NCBI GenBank assembly: GCA_963715565.1
Contig: OY970256.1
Location: forward strand, 2,679,836-2,743,835
Direction of reading: 5' to 3'
Origin: Pyrinomonadaceae bacterium
GTDB taxonomy: Bacteria > Acidobacteriota > Blastocatellia > Pyrinomonadales > Pyrinomonadaceae
Length of the DNA: 64,000 nucleotides
The position numbers were made by a program, and so were the translations under genes. The number at the start of each line of letters is the position of its first letter. Position 1 is the first letter of the stretch. The notes under the pieces were generated by a model, which searched no databases, was not told the DNA's origin, and saw only the letters and a program-made list of their open reading frames with translations. Shown here piece by piece: positions 44,953 to 53,569 of the stretch.

Positions 44953-44968
44953 AAGTAAGTACTTACTT
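44953..44968. promoter_or_regulatory. perfect 16-bp palindrome, candidate TetR operator
   Basis: AAGTAAGTACTTACTT starts 23 nt upstream of the tetR start codon, in the divergent intergenic region. Confidence 0.5.
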
Positions 44969-45289
44969 ACCATCTTCGATAAACGAAGTCAAGAGGCGGG
45001 AGGTTTCATCAAATTTCAGCGCGTGGGGGCCGGAATTCGCGCGCCCAGCCTGTACTGTTCCCGACCTTTGCGCTATCTTTACTCGTACCTTTTCGCAACA
45101 AAACTGAGAGAGGGCCGCACTTGCGCCATGGCTTCCCTTCCGCGTCTTTCGCGTGTGAAGCGGGGCACAGGCGTTGTCGGCACATTGTTTGCTCGTAAGG
45201 GACGGGAACGGCCCAAGATGGCGAGCTTCTCACATGCACTTAAAAATGCTATGCGAGATTAATTTTTGATTTTAAGGAGAACGAGAAAG

Positions 45290-45724
45290 ATGTCACAGAA
45301 CTTTTCTTCAGGTGGATCGAATCAGGGACAGGGCACGACAGGCGGCTCGGGCAGCACCGGCTCGACCGGTAGCACGACGAGTTCCTCCGGTTCCACGTCG
45401 GGCGCGGGCCAGCAAGGGTTGACGCCCTCCACAGGCGGGCAGAGCGCAGGCGGCGGCGCGGGCGCTGGCACAGCCACGGGCCTTGCACAGACGGCGCAGG
45501 AATACGGCAAGAAGGTGGCCGAGGCGGCCTCGACTGCCAGGGAATTCGTCACCGACAAGGTGAGCGTCGTCGGCGACAAGATTACCGATCTGCGCAACAA
45601 GGATTTCTCAGAGGTCGCTACCGAGGCCAAAGAATATGCGCGGCAGAATCCGGGTCAGGCGCTTCTGATCTCAGCCGCCGCCGGTTTCGTCCTCGGGCTT
45701 CTCATTCGCGGAAGCCGCAGATAA
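45290..45724 (+). CDS. DUF883 (ElaB/YqjD-like) tail-anchored stress protein
   Basis: AAGGAGA RBS. G/S/T-rich N-terminus. C-terminal NPGQALLISAAAGFVLGLLIRG matches the ElaB/YqjD tail-anchor pattern. Confidence 0.7.
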   Translation: MSQNFSSGGSNQGQGTTGGSGSTGSTGSTTSSSGSTSGAGQQGLTPSTGGQSAGGGAGAGTATGLAQTAQEYGKKVAEAASTAREFVTDKVSVVGDKITDLRNKDFSEVATEAKEYARQNPGQALLISAAAGFVLGLLIRGSRR

Positions 45725-45726
45725 AA

Positions 45727-45805
45727 CAGTGACAAGTGACGAGTGACAAGTGACAAGTTAAAAGCTTGTTCCTGCTTGTCACTTGTCACTTGTCACTTGT
45801 CACTG
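45727..45805. repeat. unit-built hairpin, family B
   Basis: CAGTGACAAGTGACGAGTGACAAGTGACAAG ... CTTGTCACTTGTCACTTGTCACTTGTCACTG. Lies between the YqjD-like and YqjE-like genes. Confidence 0.9.
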
Positions 45806-45824
45806 ATTTAGGGAGGCACAAGCC

Positions 45825-46280
45825 ATGGCCGATTTAGAGAGAAGTACGGCTGCCGCTCCCGCGCCGGTGACGACGACGGCGGAGCTTGAGCAGCTACCGT
45901 CGCTGTTCGGGCGTCTGGGCGACGATGTCATAAAGCTTCTGGACACGAAGATCAGTCTGCTCAAGGTCGAAGTCTCAGAGGATGTCAACGCTTACGTGCG
46001 CGACGGCGCGATGATTGCCGTCGGCGGTGTGATTGCGGCCATCGGGTTTGCGATTCTTAACATCGCCGTGGCCTTCGGCATCTCGACGCTCATGCCGCAG
46101 GACTGGAGTCAACCGGCAAGATACGCGCTCGGCTTTTTGGCGACGGGTGCGCTGTATCTAATCGTCGGCGGCATCATCCTCCTGGTGATGAAGAATCGTC
46201 TAGCCAAGCTCAAATTTGTGCCGGAGAAAAGCGTGGAAGAATTCAGAAAGGATAAGCAATGGCTGAAGAAAGAAATCTAG
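45825..46280 (+). CDS. YqjE-like (holin-X / DUF1469-type) inner-membrane protein
   Basis: GGGAGG RBS, amphipathic LLDTKISLLKVEVSED segment, then 2 TM helices. Gene order follows the E. coli yqjD-yqjE-yqjK pattern. Confidence 0.55.
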   Translation: MADLERSTAAAPAPVTTTAELEQLPSLFGRLGDDVIKLLDTKISLLKVEVSEDVNAYVRDGAMIAVGGVIAAIGFAILNIAVAFGISTLMPQDWSQPARYALGFLATGALYLIVGGIILLVMKNRLAKLKFVPEKSVEEFRKDKQWLKKEI

Positions 46281-47179
46281 CAATCGCGCGCGCGCCGGAG
46301 GCGGACGACGACATAGATTCCACGAAAGCCGAGCTTCAACGTCGTATGGAGGAGGCGCGCGAATCCATTACACAGACCGTTACGGAGATTAAGGATACAG
46401 TGGCAAACCAATATCAAGCAGTCAGGCACACGGTTACGGAAGCGTTGGACTGGCGCGAGCAGTATCGCAAACGCCCCGTGGCCTTCACGGTCGGCGCACT
46501 CTCTGCCGGATTCCTTCTAGGCTACACGGTCGCTGGCACATTCAAGGGTGACGGGTCCAGTTACGAAGAGGACTACTGGTCTATTCCTTCCGAAGAGACG
46601 GACGTGTACGCGCGCACCGGAGCAGAGCCCGCGCGGCTCGCCCAGTCGCCTTACGCAGAGCGCGGTCTGGCAAGTAGCTCGCCGCCGCAAGCCTCCACGC
46701 GTCCAACGAGCGCACATGCCTCGTCGGCCACGGGCTCTTACGGCTCGACCGCGTATCAGGCGGCTGCGCCCGTAGAGGCCGATTACAGTGATTCGTCCGC
46801 AGCGGAAGACAAGGGGCCGGGTCTCTACGCACGTTTCAAAGAGACGCGCGCTTACGACAAGCTACAGGAAGAAGTCTCCTCGCTCGGCGAACGCTTTGTA
46901 GAAGAACTGTCGGGCGTTGCGGCATCAGTGGTCTTGCCCGCGCTCTTTGGCAAGATCAAAGACCTGTTCGGCGTGGATCTTTCCAACAAGCAGCGCGGTG
47001 GCAGCGCATCGGGCGGGACATCCGCCAAAGGCGTTGCGGCAGCAGGAAGCGCGGCTTCGGCCTCGTCCGCAGGGGCTGGCGTAGGCAGCACGCGCCAGGG
47101 CGGTGCTTCTCAGAGCGGCTCGTCTTACGCCACGAGCGAGAACCGTCCCTACTCCGGCTCTACGCCAGACCAAGCGTAA
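46259..47179 (+). CDS. hypothetical membrane-anchored protein (helical N-terminus, one TM, S/A/G-rich tail)
   Basis: 306-aa ORF overlapping the previous gene by 22 nt. TM helix VAFTVGALSAGFLLGYTVAG. Third gene of the YqjD-like cluster. Confidence 0.5.
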   Translation: MAEERNLAIARAPEADDDIDSTKAELQRRMEEARESITQTVTEIKDTVANQYQAVRHTVTEALDWREQYRKRPVAFTVGALSAGFLLGYTVAGTFKGDGSSYEEDYWSIPSEETDVYARTGAEPARLAQSPYAERGLASSSPPQASTRPTSAHASSATGSYGSTAYQAAAPVEADYSDSSAAEDKGPGLYARFKETRAYDKLQEEVSSLGERFVEELSGVAASVVLPALFGKIKDLFGVDLSNKQRGGSASGGTSAKGVAAAGSAASASSAGAGVGSTRQGGASQSGSSYATSENRPYSGSTPDQA

Positions 47180-47187
47180 CGAATTTC

Positions 47188-47268
47188 GGAATGAAGAGAT
47201 TGATTCATCGGTTCATTTTTTCATTGAATCAATGAACCGATGAATCAATGAATCAATTTCTTCATTCC
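47188..47268. repeat. unit-built hairpin, family D
   Basis: Carries the same 19-nt core arms as 7949-7999 (47199-47217 and 47231-47249), plus outer pairing GGAATGAAGA/TCTTCATTCC. Confidence 0.88.
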
Positions 47269-47330
47269 GCAATCGGTTGTCTTTCGGAAGTAAAGCGATT
47301 CCGATTTCACTTCTCTTTCGAGAGGCTTTC

Positions 47331-48239
47331 ATGTCCTCGCAGGTCGCCGTCATCATCAACACCGGTTCGGGCACGGACGATAAAGAGGAGGCGCGCGAGC
47401 GTCTCACAGCTTTTTTCAAATCACGAAATTGTGACGCCAGCATCCATTGTGCGCGCGACGGTGGGGAGCTAATCCTGTTGACGCACCGTGCTGTGGAAGA
47501 GGGCGCGCAAATCATCGTCGCGGGCGGCGGCGACGGGACCATCAACGCCGTCGCGCAAGAGGTTGTAGCCACAAACCACACGCTCGGCGTGCTCCCTTTG
47601 GGGACGTTCAACCACTTCGCCAAAGACCTGCGCATCCCGCTCGATTTGGAAGAGGCCGCGCGTGTTTGCCTTGAAGGACGCACGGCACGTGTGGACGTAG
47701 GCGAAGTCAACGGGCGCATGTTTCTGAACAATTCGAGTCTGGGGCTTTACCCGAGCATCGTGCGCGAGCGTGAAAAGCTGCAAGAGCGGCTGGGCCACGG
47801 AAAATTTCGCGCCTTCATCTGGGCCGCGCTCACCGTCCTGCGCCGCTACCCTTTTCTAACGATTCGTCTGAGCACGGACGAGCGCGAGATGCTGCGCCGC
47901 ACCCCTTTTCTGTTCATAGGCAATAACGAATACGAGATGGAGAATTTCAACATCGGCTCGCGCGCCTGTCTGGATCGCGGGCTGTTGAGCATGTACATTG
48001 CGCACAGCACGGGACGTTTGGGTCTGCTGCGTCTGGGATGGCGAGCCCTCTTCGGCGGCCTCCGCGACGAAGAGGATTTCGACGCGCTGTGCACCAAAGA
48101 GATTTGGATTGAGACGCGACGACGACGTCTCAGGGTCGCAACCGACGGCGAAGTGACAATCATGCAGTCGCCCTTGCACTACCGCGTTCGCCCCGGCGCT
48201 CTGCGCGTCCGAGTTCCAAAAGTGACAAGTGACGAGTGA
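47331..48239 (+). CDS. diacylglycerol/lipid kinase family protein (YegS/BmrU-like)
   Basis: VAVIINTGSG, IIVAGGGDGTINAV and LGVLPLGTFNHFAKD motifs. The stop codon lies inside a family-B repeat. Confidence 0.8.
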   Translation: MSSQVAVIINTGSGTDDKEEARERLTAFFKSRNCDASIHCARDGGELILLTHRAVEEGAQIIVAGGGDGTINAVAQEVVATNHTLGVLPLGTFNHFAKDLRIPLDLEEAARVCLEGRTARVDVGEVNGRMFLNNSSLGLYPSIVREREKLQERLGHGKFRAFIWAALTVLRRYPFLTIRLSTDEREMLRRTPFLFIGNNEYEMENFNIGSRACLDRGLLSMYIAHSTGRLGLLRLGWRALFGGLRDEEDFDALCTKEIWIETRRRRLRVATDGEVTIMQSPLHYRVRPGALRVRVPKVTSDE

Positions 48240-48300
48240 CAAGTGACAAGCTAAAATAGCTTGCTCTTGCTCGTCACTTGTCACTCGTCACTTGTCACTG
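48220..48300. repeat. unit-built hairpin, family B
   Basis: AAGTGACAAGTGACGAGTGACAAGTGACAAG ... CTTGCTCGTCACTTGTCACTCGTCACTTGTCACTG. The lipid-kinase TGA stop (48237-48239) is inside the left arm. The right arm ends 5 nt before the next start codon. Confidence 0.9.
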
Positions 48301-48305
48301 CTTTT

Positions 48306-49199
48306 ATGCGTAGAATCTTACATCTCTCTGACTTGCATTTCGGGCGCGTGGATTACCGCGTGGCGGAGACTCTCGTTGAAACTGTGAAGGAGTTGAAGCC
48401 GGATTTGGTTGCCGTCTCGGGCGATCTGACGCAGCGCGCGCGGGCCGCTCAATTCCGCGAGGCCAGAAAATTTCTTGACTCGTTGCCCAAGCCGCAAATC
48501 GTCGTCCCCGGTAATCACGACGTGCCGCTCTGGAATTTTTACGCACGCTTTTTCCAGCCGCTCACAAACTATCGCCGCTACATCACGGACGACACGCGCC
48601 CCTTCTACGCCGACGATGAAATTGCCGTGCTCGGCATCAACACCGCGCGCTCTTTGACGACCAAGTACGGGCGCATCAACGAATCACAGGTGGCGCACAT
48701 GCGCGACGTGATGTGCAAGCTCAATGACCGGATGGTGAAAATCATCGTCACGCACCATCCCTTCGAGCTGCCGGAGGGACACGATCAGGATGACCTTGTA
48801 GGTCGCGCGAAGATGGCTATGGCGGCAATGGCCGAATGCGGCGCGGACGTACTTCTGGCGGGCCACCTGCACGTAGGCCACACAGGCCACACCGCCGAGC
48901 GTTACAAAATCGCGGGCCACAGCGCGCTTGTCGTTTCGGCGGGCACGGCTACATCCACGCGCGCTCGCGGAGAAACCAATTCCTTCAACCTGCTGCGCGT
49001 CAATCATCCTTACGTAGAGGTCGAGCGTTACAGTTGGCAAACCCAGACCAATCGCTTCGCGCCCGCGTCCGCAGAGCACTTTCAACACACCGACGGAGGC
49101 TGGAAACGGCTCTCGGACGAAGTGGCCGCAGGTATCACTTACGCCGAAGGGTCGGACGCGTTGCAGCCGCACATTCCTTCCAAAAATTCGACAGGCTAA
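48306..49199 (+). CDS. calcineurin-like metallophosphoesterase
   Basis: LHLSDLHFG, SGDLT, GNHD and VTHHP motifs. Start taken at MRRILHLSDLHFG, after the repeat-derived codons. Confidence 0.8.
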   Translation: MRRILHLSDLHFGRVDYRVAETLVETVKELKPDLVAVSGDLTQRARAAQFREARKFLDSLPKPQIVVPGNHDVPLWNFYARFFQPLTNYRRYITDDTRPFYADDEIAVLGINTARSLTTKYGRINESQVAHMRDVMCKLNDRMVKIIVTHHPFELPEGHDQDDLVGRAKMAMAAMAECGADVLLAGHLHVGHTGHTAERYKIAGHSALVVSAGTATSTRARGETNSFNLLRVNHPYVEVERYSWQTQTNRFAPASAEHFQHTDGGWKRLSDEVAAGITYAEGSDALQPHIPSKNSTG

Positions 49200-49401
49200 G
49201 CGGCGCTCCGGCCTAGCCTCGCCGCCTTGAAGTAATAGAACCAAATGTTTAGCGCCCGCCCGTCTTTTCCATAAAAATACAAATCACAGGCCGTGTGCCT
49301 CGTTGACAACGCGGTTTCGTCAGTCATAGACTCGCCATCAGACACTCAAAGGATGGGGCTCCCCCTCGAACGCTGTCGGATTCTTCAAGAGGAAACTTTT
49401 C

Positions 49402-50655
49402 ATGCTCAAGTCTGCTCTGGCCTCGCGGCGCAAACACCTCGCCGCCGCATTCATCAGCGTCTTTGTCCTGGCTCTAGCAGCCTCCGCGCCGCTCCACGCG
49501 CTCGCACAGGATAAAGAGGAGTACGAAGCGCGCCGTCGTCGCGCCTTTGAGTTCATAGACGCCAGCAAGTTCGCAGAGGCCCGCCAGATATTTGAAGAGC
49601 TGGCGATGGAGAAGCCTACGGACGGCCCCGTCATGTTCGGTCTGGGTTTTAGCACGATGGCTACGGCCAAGAACATCAAGGATCCTGATGAACGGCGCAA
49701 GGCGCGTCTGCGCGCACGCAAGGCTCTGCTACGCGCTAAAGAGCTGGGCGTGGAAAACGAGTTGCTCGACGCGATCATCGCCGCCATCCCGCCCGACGGC
49801 GGCGAAGAGACTCCCTTCTCCGACAACGCGGAGGCGGACCGCGCTATGGAAGAAGGCGAGGCCGCTTTTACGCGCGGCGATTTCGACGCAGCCATCACGG
49901 CCTACAGCCGCGCCTACAAACTGGACCCCAAGCTTTACGAAGCCGCGCTCTTTATAGGCGACATGTACTTTAGAAAGAAGGACGCGGACCGCGCGGGCGA
50001 GTGGTTCACGCGCGCCATCAGTATTGACCCGAACCGCGAGACGGCCTATCGCTACTGGGGCAACGCCCTGATGGCTGCCGAGCGCACGGACGAAGCGCGC
50101 AATAAATACATAGAAGCCATCATCGCCGCGCCCTACAGCCGCATGACATGGGAGAACGGTCTCATTCGCTGGGCCAACGACATGGACGTGCGTCTCAGTC
50201 ATCCGAAGATAGACGTTCCCACGGATGTCTCGTCTTCAAAGAACGGCGAAGTTAACATCACGATTGACCCGAGCCTCTTCGGCAACAAGGAGGACGGCTC
50301 GACCGCCTGGATTATGTACAGCATTACACGCGCCAACTGGCGCAAGGAGAAGTTTGCCAAAACCTTCCCGAAGGAGAAGACCTATCGCCATAGCCTGATG
50401 GAAGAAGCTGAAGCGCTGCGTCTTGTCGCCGCCACGGCGAAGGCCGACAAGAAAGCGAAGAAGCTGAGCCCCTCGCTCTCCAGCCTCGTGCAGCTCACGG
50501 ACGCCGGGCTTCTGGAAGCCTACATTCTCTTAGGCAGACCTGACGACGGCATCGTCAACGACTACGAAGAGTACCGCAAGACCAACCGCGACAAGCTCCG
50601 GCAATACCTGCTCGAATACGTCGTCGGCGTCAAGAAGAATCAGGGCAAGTTTTAA
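49402..50655 (+). CDS. secreted TPR-repeat protein
   Basis: Signal peptide ending APLHALA. TPR-like repeats (e.g. AITAYSRAYKLDPKLYEAALFIGDMYF). Confidence 0.65.
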   Translation: MLKSALASRRKHLAAAFISVFVLALAASAPLHALAQDKEEYEARRRRAFEFIDASKFAEARQIFEELAMEKPTDGPVMFGLGFSTMATAKNIKDPDERRKARLRARKALLRAKELGVENELLDAIIAAIPPDGGEETPFSDNAEADRAMEEGEAAFTRGDFDAAITAYSRAYKLDPKLYEAALFIGDMYFRKKDADRAGEWFTRAISIDPNRETAYRYWGNALMAAERTDEARNKYIEAIIAAPYSRMTWENGLIRWANDMDVRLSHPKIDVPTDVSSSKNGEVNITIDPSLFGNKEDGSTAWIMYSITRANWRKEKFAKTFPKEKTYRHSLMEEAEALRLVAATAKADKKAKKLSPSLSSLVQLTDAGLLEAYILLGRPDDGIVNDYEEYRKTNRDKLRQYLLEYVVGVKKNQGKF

Positions 50656-50973
50656 ATCATAAGATTCGGATAAGCGATGCTCTTAGTCGATGAGACTGAG
50701 CGAATTGTAATTTAGTGTCAGTTAATCTATCTCATGTTAGGTTCACCCGCACTTTTGATGAAGTATAGGTAGATCAGCCCTGACGTGATATAGTCCGCGC
50801 CGAATTGAACGGAAGCCCCTCGCCTACCAGCTTCTCTGGTATTCAATCAGACCATCTGAAATCCATAGCTCAACCGACCTGGTGCGCTCTCGCGCCGCAC
50901 AGCCAGAGGGGTTGAGTTAGCCAAACTGCCCAGGTAAGAACGACCGAACTTCAACCTGTCACAAAGGAGAATC

Positions 50974-51345
50974 TTGAAATTGCGACATCAATCTAACTTC
51001 AGTAGAACATTGCTGCTTGCTTGCACAGCGCTTGTTCTCGTGAGCTTCGCCGTAAGCTCCGGTTATGCTCACAAAGCACGCACGCCTCAGTACACATACA
51101 AGGTGCACAACAAGAGTAGAAATGTCATTCTCGCGCTGCTGGTGTCGGAAAAGGGGAAAAAGTGGAGGACGTTTGATATTGGAGCCGGGTTAGATCCCGG
51201 TAAGACCGTCACGCTGGAGTGGGATGAGTCCACCGAGACTAGCGGTTGTGAGTGGTGGATTAAGGCAGTCTACGACGACGGCAATCTGTCTCAGGCTGCG
51301 AAGTTCGACTTCTGCGAGAAAGACCTTGTGTTAGAGTTTAATTGA
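50974..51345 (+). CDS. hypothetical small secreted protein
   Basis: AAGGAGA RBS with a TTG start per the track, a signal-like LLLACTALVLVSFAVSSGYA and two Cys. Sits in a locally AT-richer stretch. Confidence 0.45.
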   Translation: MKLRHQSNFSRTLLLACTALVLVSFAVSSGYAHKARTPQYTYKVHNKSRNVILALLVSEKGKKWRTFDIGAGLDPGKTVTLEWDESTETSGCEWWIKAVYDDGNLSQAAKFDFCEKDLVLEFN

Positions 51346-51440
51346 TAATTGCCCGTCACTTTGTCAACCACGGAGTCTAATGTTTAGGGTCTTGATCCTA
51401 GTGTGAAAGACCTTGCACCTGAAACAATATTACGGACTAA

Positions 51441-51476
51441 GAAGGGCGGCTTCTCAGGAAGCCGCCCTTCGTCTTT
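51441..51476 (+). terminator. 13-bp perfect GC-rich hairpin between the small secreted-protein gene and the convergent M28 gene
   Basis: GAAGGGCGGCTTC-TCAG-GAAGCCGCCCTTC followed by GTCTTT (short U-tract). Confidence 0.5.
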
Positions 51477-51526
51477 AAACTCAAGTGTGAGCCCCTGAAA
51501 GGGGCTGGCGATTGCTTTCTAATTCT

Positions 51527-53209
51527 TCAGCTCTTCTTGACGGGCTTGCGCGGCAATCGCTCGTTCATCATCGCGGCGTTGTAGATAAAGGCGGCCATGA
51601 TGGTCGCGGCCTGCTGCATGTCGTCGGCCTGTATGCGGTCGTAGACATCCTGGTTCGAGTGATGCGTGCGCGTGCTGTACTCTATCTCGTCCTGTATGAA
51701 CTGGAATCCGGGCAGCCCGATTGAGTCGAAAGAGAGATGGTCTGTGCCGCCCGTGTTTGAGATTGAAAGCGTGGCCGCGCCCATGTCTCGAAACGGCAGG
51801 AGCCAGCGCCGAAACAATGGCCGCGCAGCCTCGTTGCCCTGCAAGTAGACGCCGCGAATCCGCCCCGTGCCGTTGTCCAGATTAAAGTAGGCTTGGAATT
51901 TTTCGTAAGCGGGTTTAGTTATCAAGGGCAGCGTTCGACCATCCGCGAGCGCCGCCGTCGCCGTCTCGCGCGAGCCGTCGCCGAGCGTGCCGAAATTTTG
52001 CTTCACGTAGGCGCGCGAGCCCAACAATCCCTGTTCTTCGCCCGACCAGAGCGCGATGCGTACGGTGCGACGCGGGCTCAAGTTCAAAGCTTTTAAGATT
52101 CGCACGGCTTCCATCGCCACGGCCACGCCCGCCGCGTTGTCTGTCGCGCCCGTGCCCGCGTGCCACGAATCCATGTGCGCGCCGAGCATCACGATTTCGT
52201 CTTTCAAGTCAGTGCCCGGAATCTCCGCCACAGTGTTGTAGCCCATCAAGTCTTTGTCCTGATACTCGACCGCCAGGTCTACGTTCATCTTGAGATGCGC
52301 CCCCTGCCCTATCATACGCACCATGCGGTTGTAGTGCTCCGCTGCGACGACAATCTGCGCGGGCATGCGCGGCGCTCGTGGGTCCCAAGGCTGTATACGA
52401 CGCGTGTCGGAAGGACTTTCCGAAAAGGGTTGAGGCACGCTGGCCTGCTGTACAAAGAGAGTGCCGCCGTCGCCGCGACTCGTCTCGACAAGCAATGCCG
52501 CGCCTTCGTCGGTCGCGAATTGCAGCTTACGCGCGGCGAAGGCAGCCTGTGCGCGCTGGTCCGGCGTCTGTTGAAAGCGGCGGCGCGGCACAGTTCCAGG
52601 CTCCGGCGCGTCTGCCAACTCAAGCAGCTCTTTTTCAGTCAGCCTGTCACCGAGCGGCGTGAAATTCGCTCGAAGCTCACGCGGCCCAGTCATCAGAACC
52701 ACCGCGCCCTTGAGCTTGCCCCTGTACTTTTCAAGACCCGCCTCGTCCTTTGCATCAAGGTAAACAACGTCGGCAGAGAGTTGTCCCTTTGTGCCCGGCG
52801 ACCAGGCTTTCGGATAGGCTATGAGCGGAATCGTTTGCGGCTCTGTGACCTGCGCCGAAAATCTTTTCAACGTCCAGCCGCGACCAAACGGCCCCCACGC
52901 TTCGAGGCGCGCGTTCTCCAATCCCCACTGCGTGAGCCTGTCGCGCGTCCATTCGTTGGCGCGCCGCATCCCCGGCGATGCAGTCAGACGCGGCCCTATA
53001 ACATCCGTCAAATACCCCAACGTCTGCATCACCTGAGAGCGTTTCATCCCCTCATCCTTGATACGCACGATGGGGTCGTTGGGGTCTTCCTGCGCCGGCT
53101 TATCTTGCGCCGAAGGCGCGGGCGTTGGCGCGGGCTGCTGGCCCACGGCGAAGACCGGCACGAGTAAAGAACAAACCAGCAGAGCGACTGCAAAGCGGCG
53201 TCGAAACAT
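51527..53209 (-). CDS. secreted M28-family metallo-aminopeptidase
   Basis: Signal peptide. M28 motifs [22 protein letters not shown] and [11 protein letters not shown]. Confidence 0.85.
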   Translation of the reverse strand: MFRRRFAVALLVCSLLVPVFAVGQQPAPTPAPSAQDKPAQEDPNDPIVRIKDEGMKRSQVMQTLGYLTDVIGPRLTASPGMRRANEWTRDRLTQWGLENARLEAWGPFGRGWTLKRFSAQVTEPQTIPLIAYPKAWSPGTKGQLSADVVYLDAKDEAGLEKYRGKLKGAVVLMTGPRELRANFTPLGDRLTEKELLELADAPEPGTVPRRRFQQTPDQRAQAAFAARKLQFATDEGAALLVETSRGDGGTLFVQQASVPQPFSESPSDTRRIQPWDPRAPRMPAQIVVAAEHYNRMVRMIGQGAHLKMNVDLAVEYQDKDLMGYNTVAEIPGTDLKDEIVMLGAHMDSWHAGTGATDNAAGVAVAMEAVRILKALNLSPRRTVRIALWSGEEQGLLGSRAYVKQNFGTLGDGSRETATAALADGRTLPLITKPAYEKFQAYFNLDNGTGRIRGVYLQGNEAARPLFRRWLLPFRDMGAATLSISNTGGTDHLSFDSIGLPGFQFIQDEIEYSTRTHHSNQDVYDRIQADDMQQAATIMAAFIYNAAMMNERLPRKPVKKS

Positions 53210-53395
53210 GAATCACAAATCTCCTGAAATGATTGAGCGCGAACTCGCCCATGCCCGTAGAGCAAACAAGCGAGCTGCCTTTATTGAAGAGGTAACGCTT
53301 AATACTCTAATAAAACGCGGAAGGTTTCAAGAAGCGGCGAGACTAAAACGACTTGCTGTGAGTATGCCCTATTTCCAGCCCCTGAAAGGGGCGTG

Positions 53396-53547
53396 ATATC
53401 AGTAGCCCAGCACGTCAGTGCTGGGAACACGGCATGACCATGACGGTTAAGCCCCGTAGGGGCGACATCAATCGTATGTCGCCCCTACGGGGCTTGATAA
53501 TATTTGCTGATACATGACCCATGGCTGACGCCGTGGGCTACTGATAT
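53396..53547. repeat. ~155-bp nested-palindrome element (REP/MITE-like), copy 2
   Basis: Outer arms ATATCAGTAGCCCA...GTCAG and CTGAC...TGGGCTACTGATAT. The inner stem is a perfect 20 bp: AAGCCCCGTAGGGGCGACAT (53449-53468) with ATGTCGCCCCTACGGGGCTT (53476-53495). Confidence 0.85.
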
Positions 53548-53569
53548 GCCGCCCCTCGCGGGGCTTCCT

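Noticed and set aside
53058-53396. 112-aa plus-strand ORF
   Set aside because: It starts antisense to the M28 gene 5' end and ends in the GCCCC-TGAAA-GGGGC repeat, with no RBS or motif.
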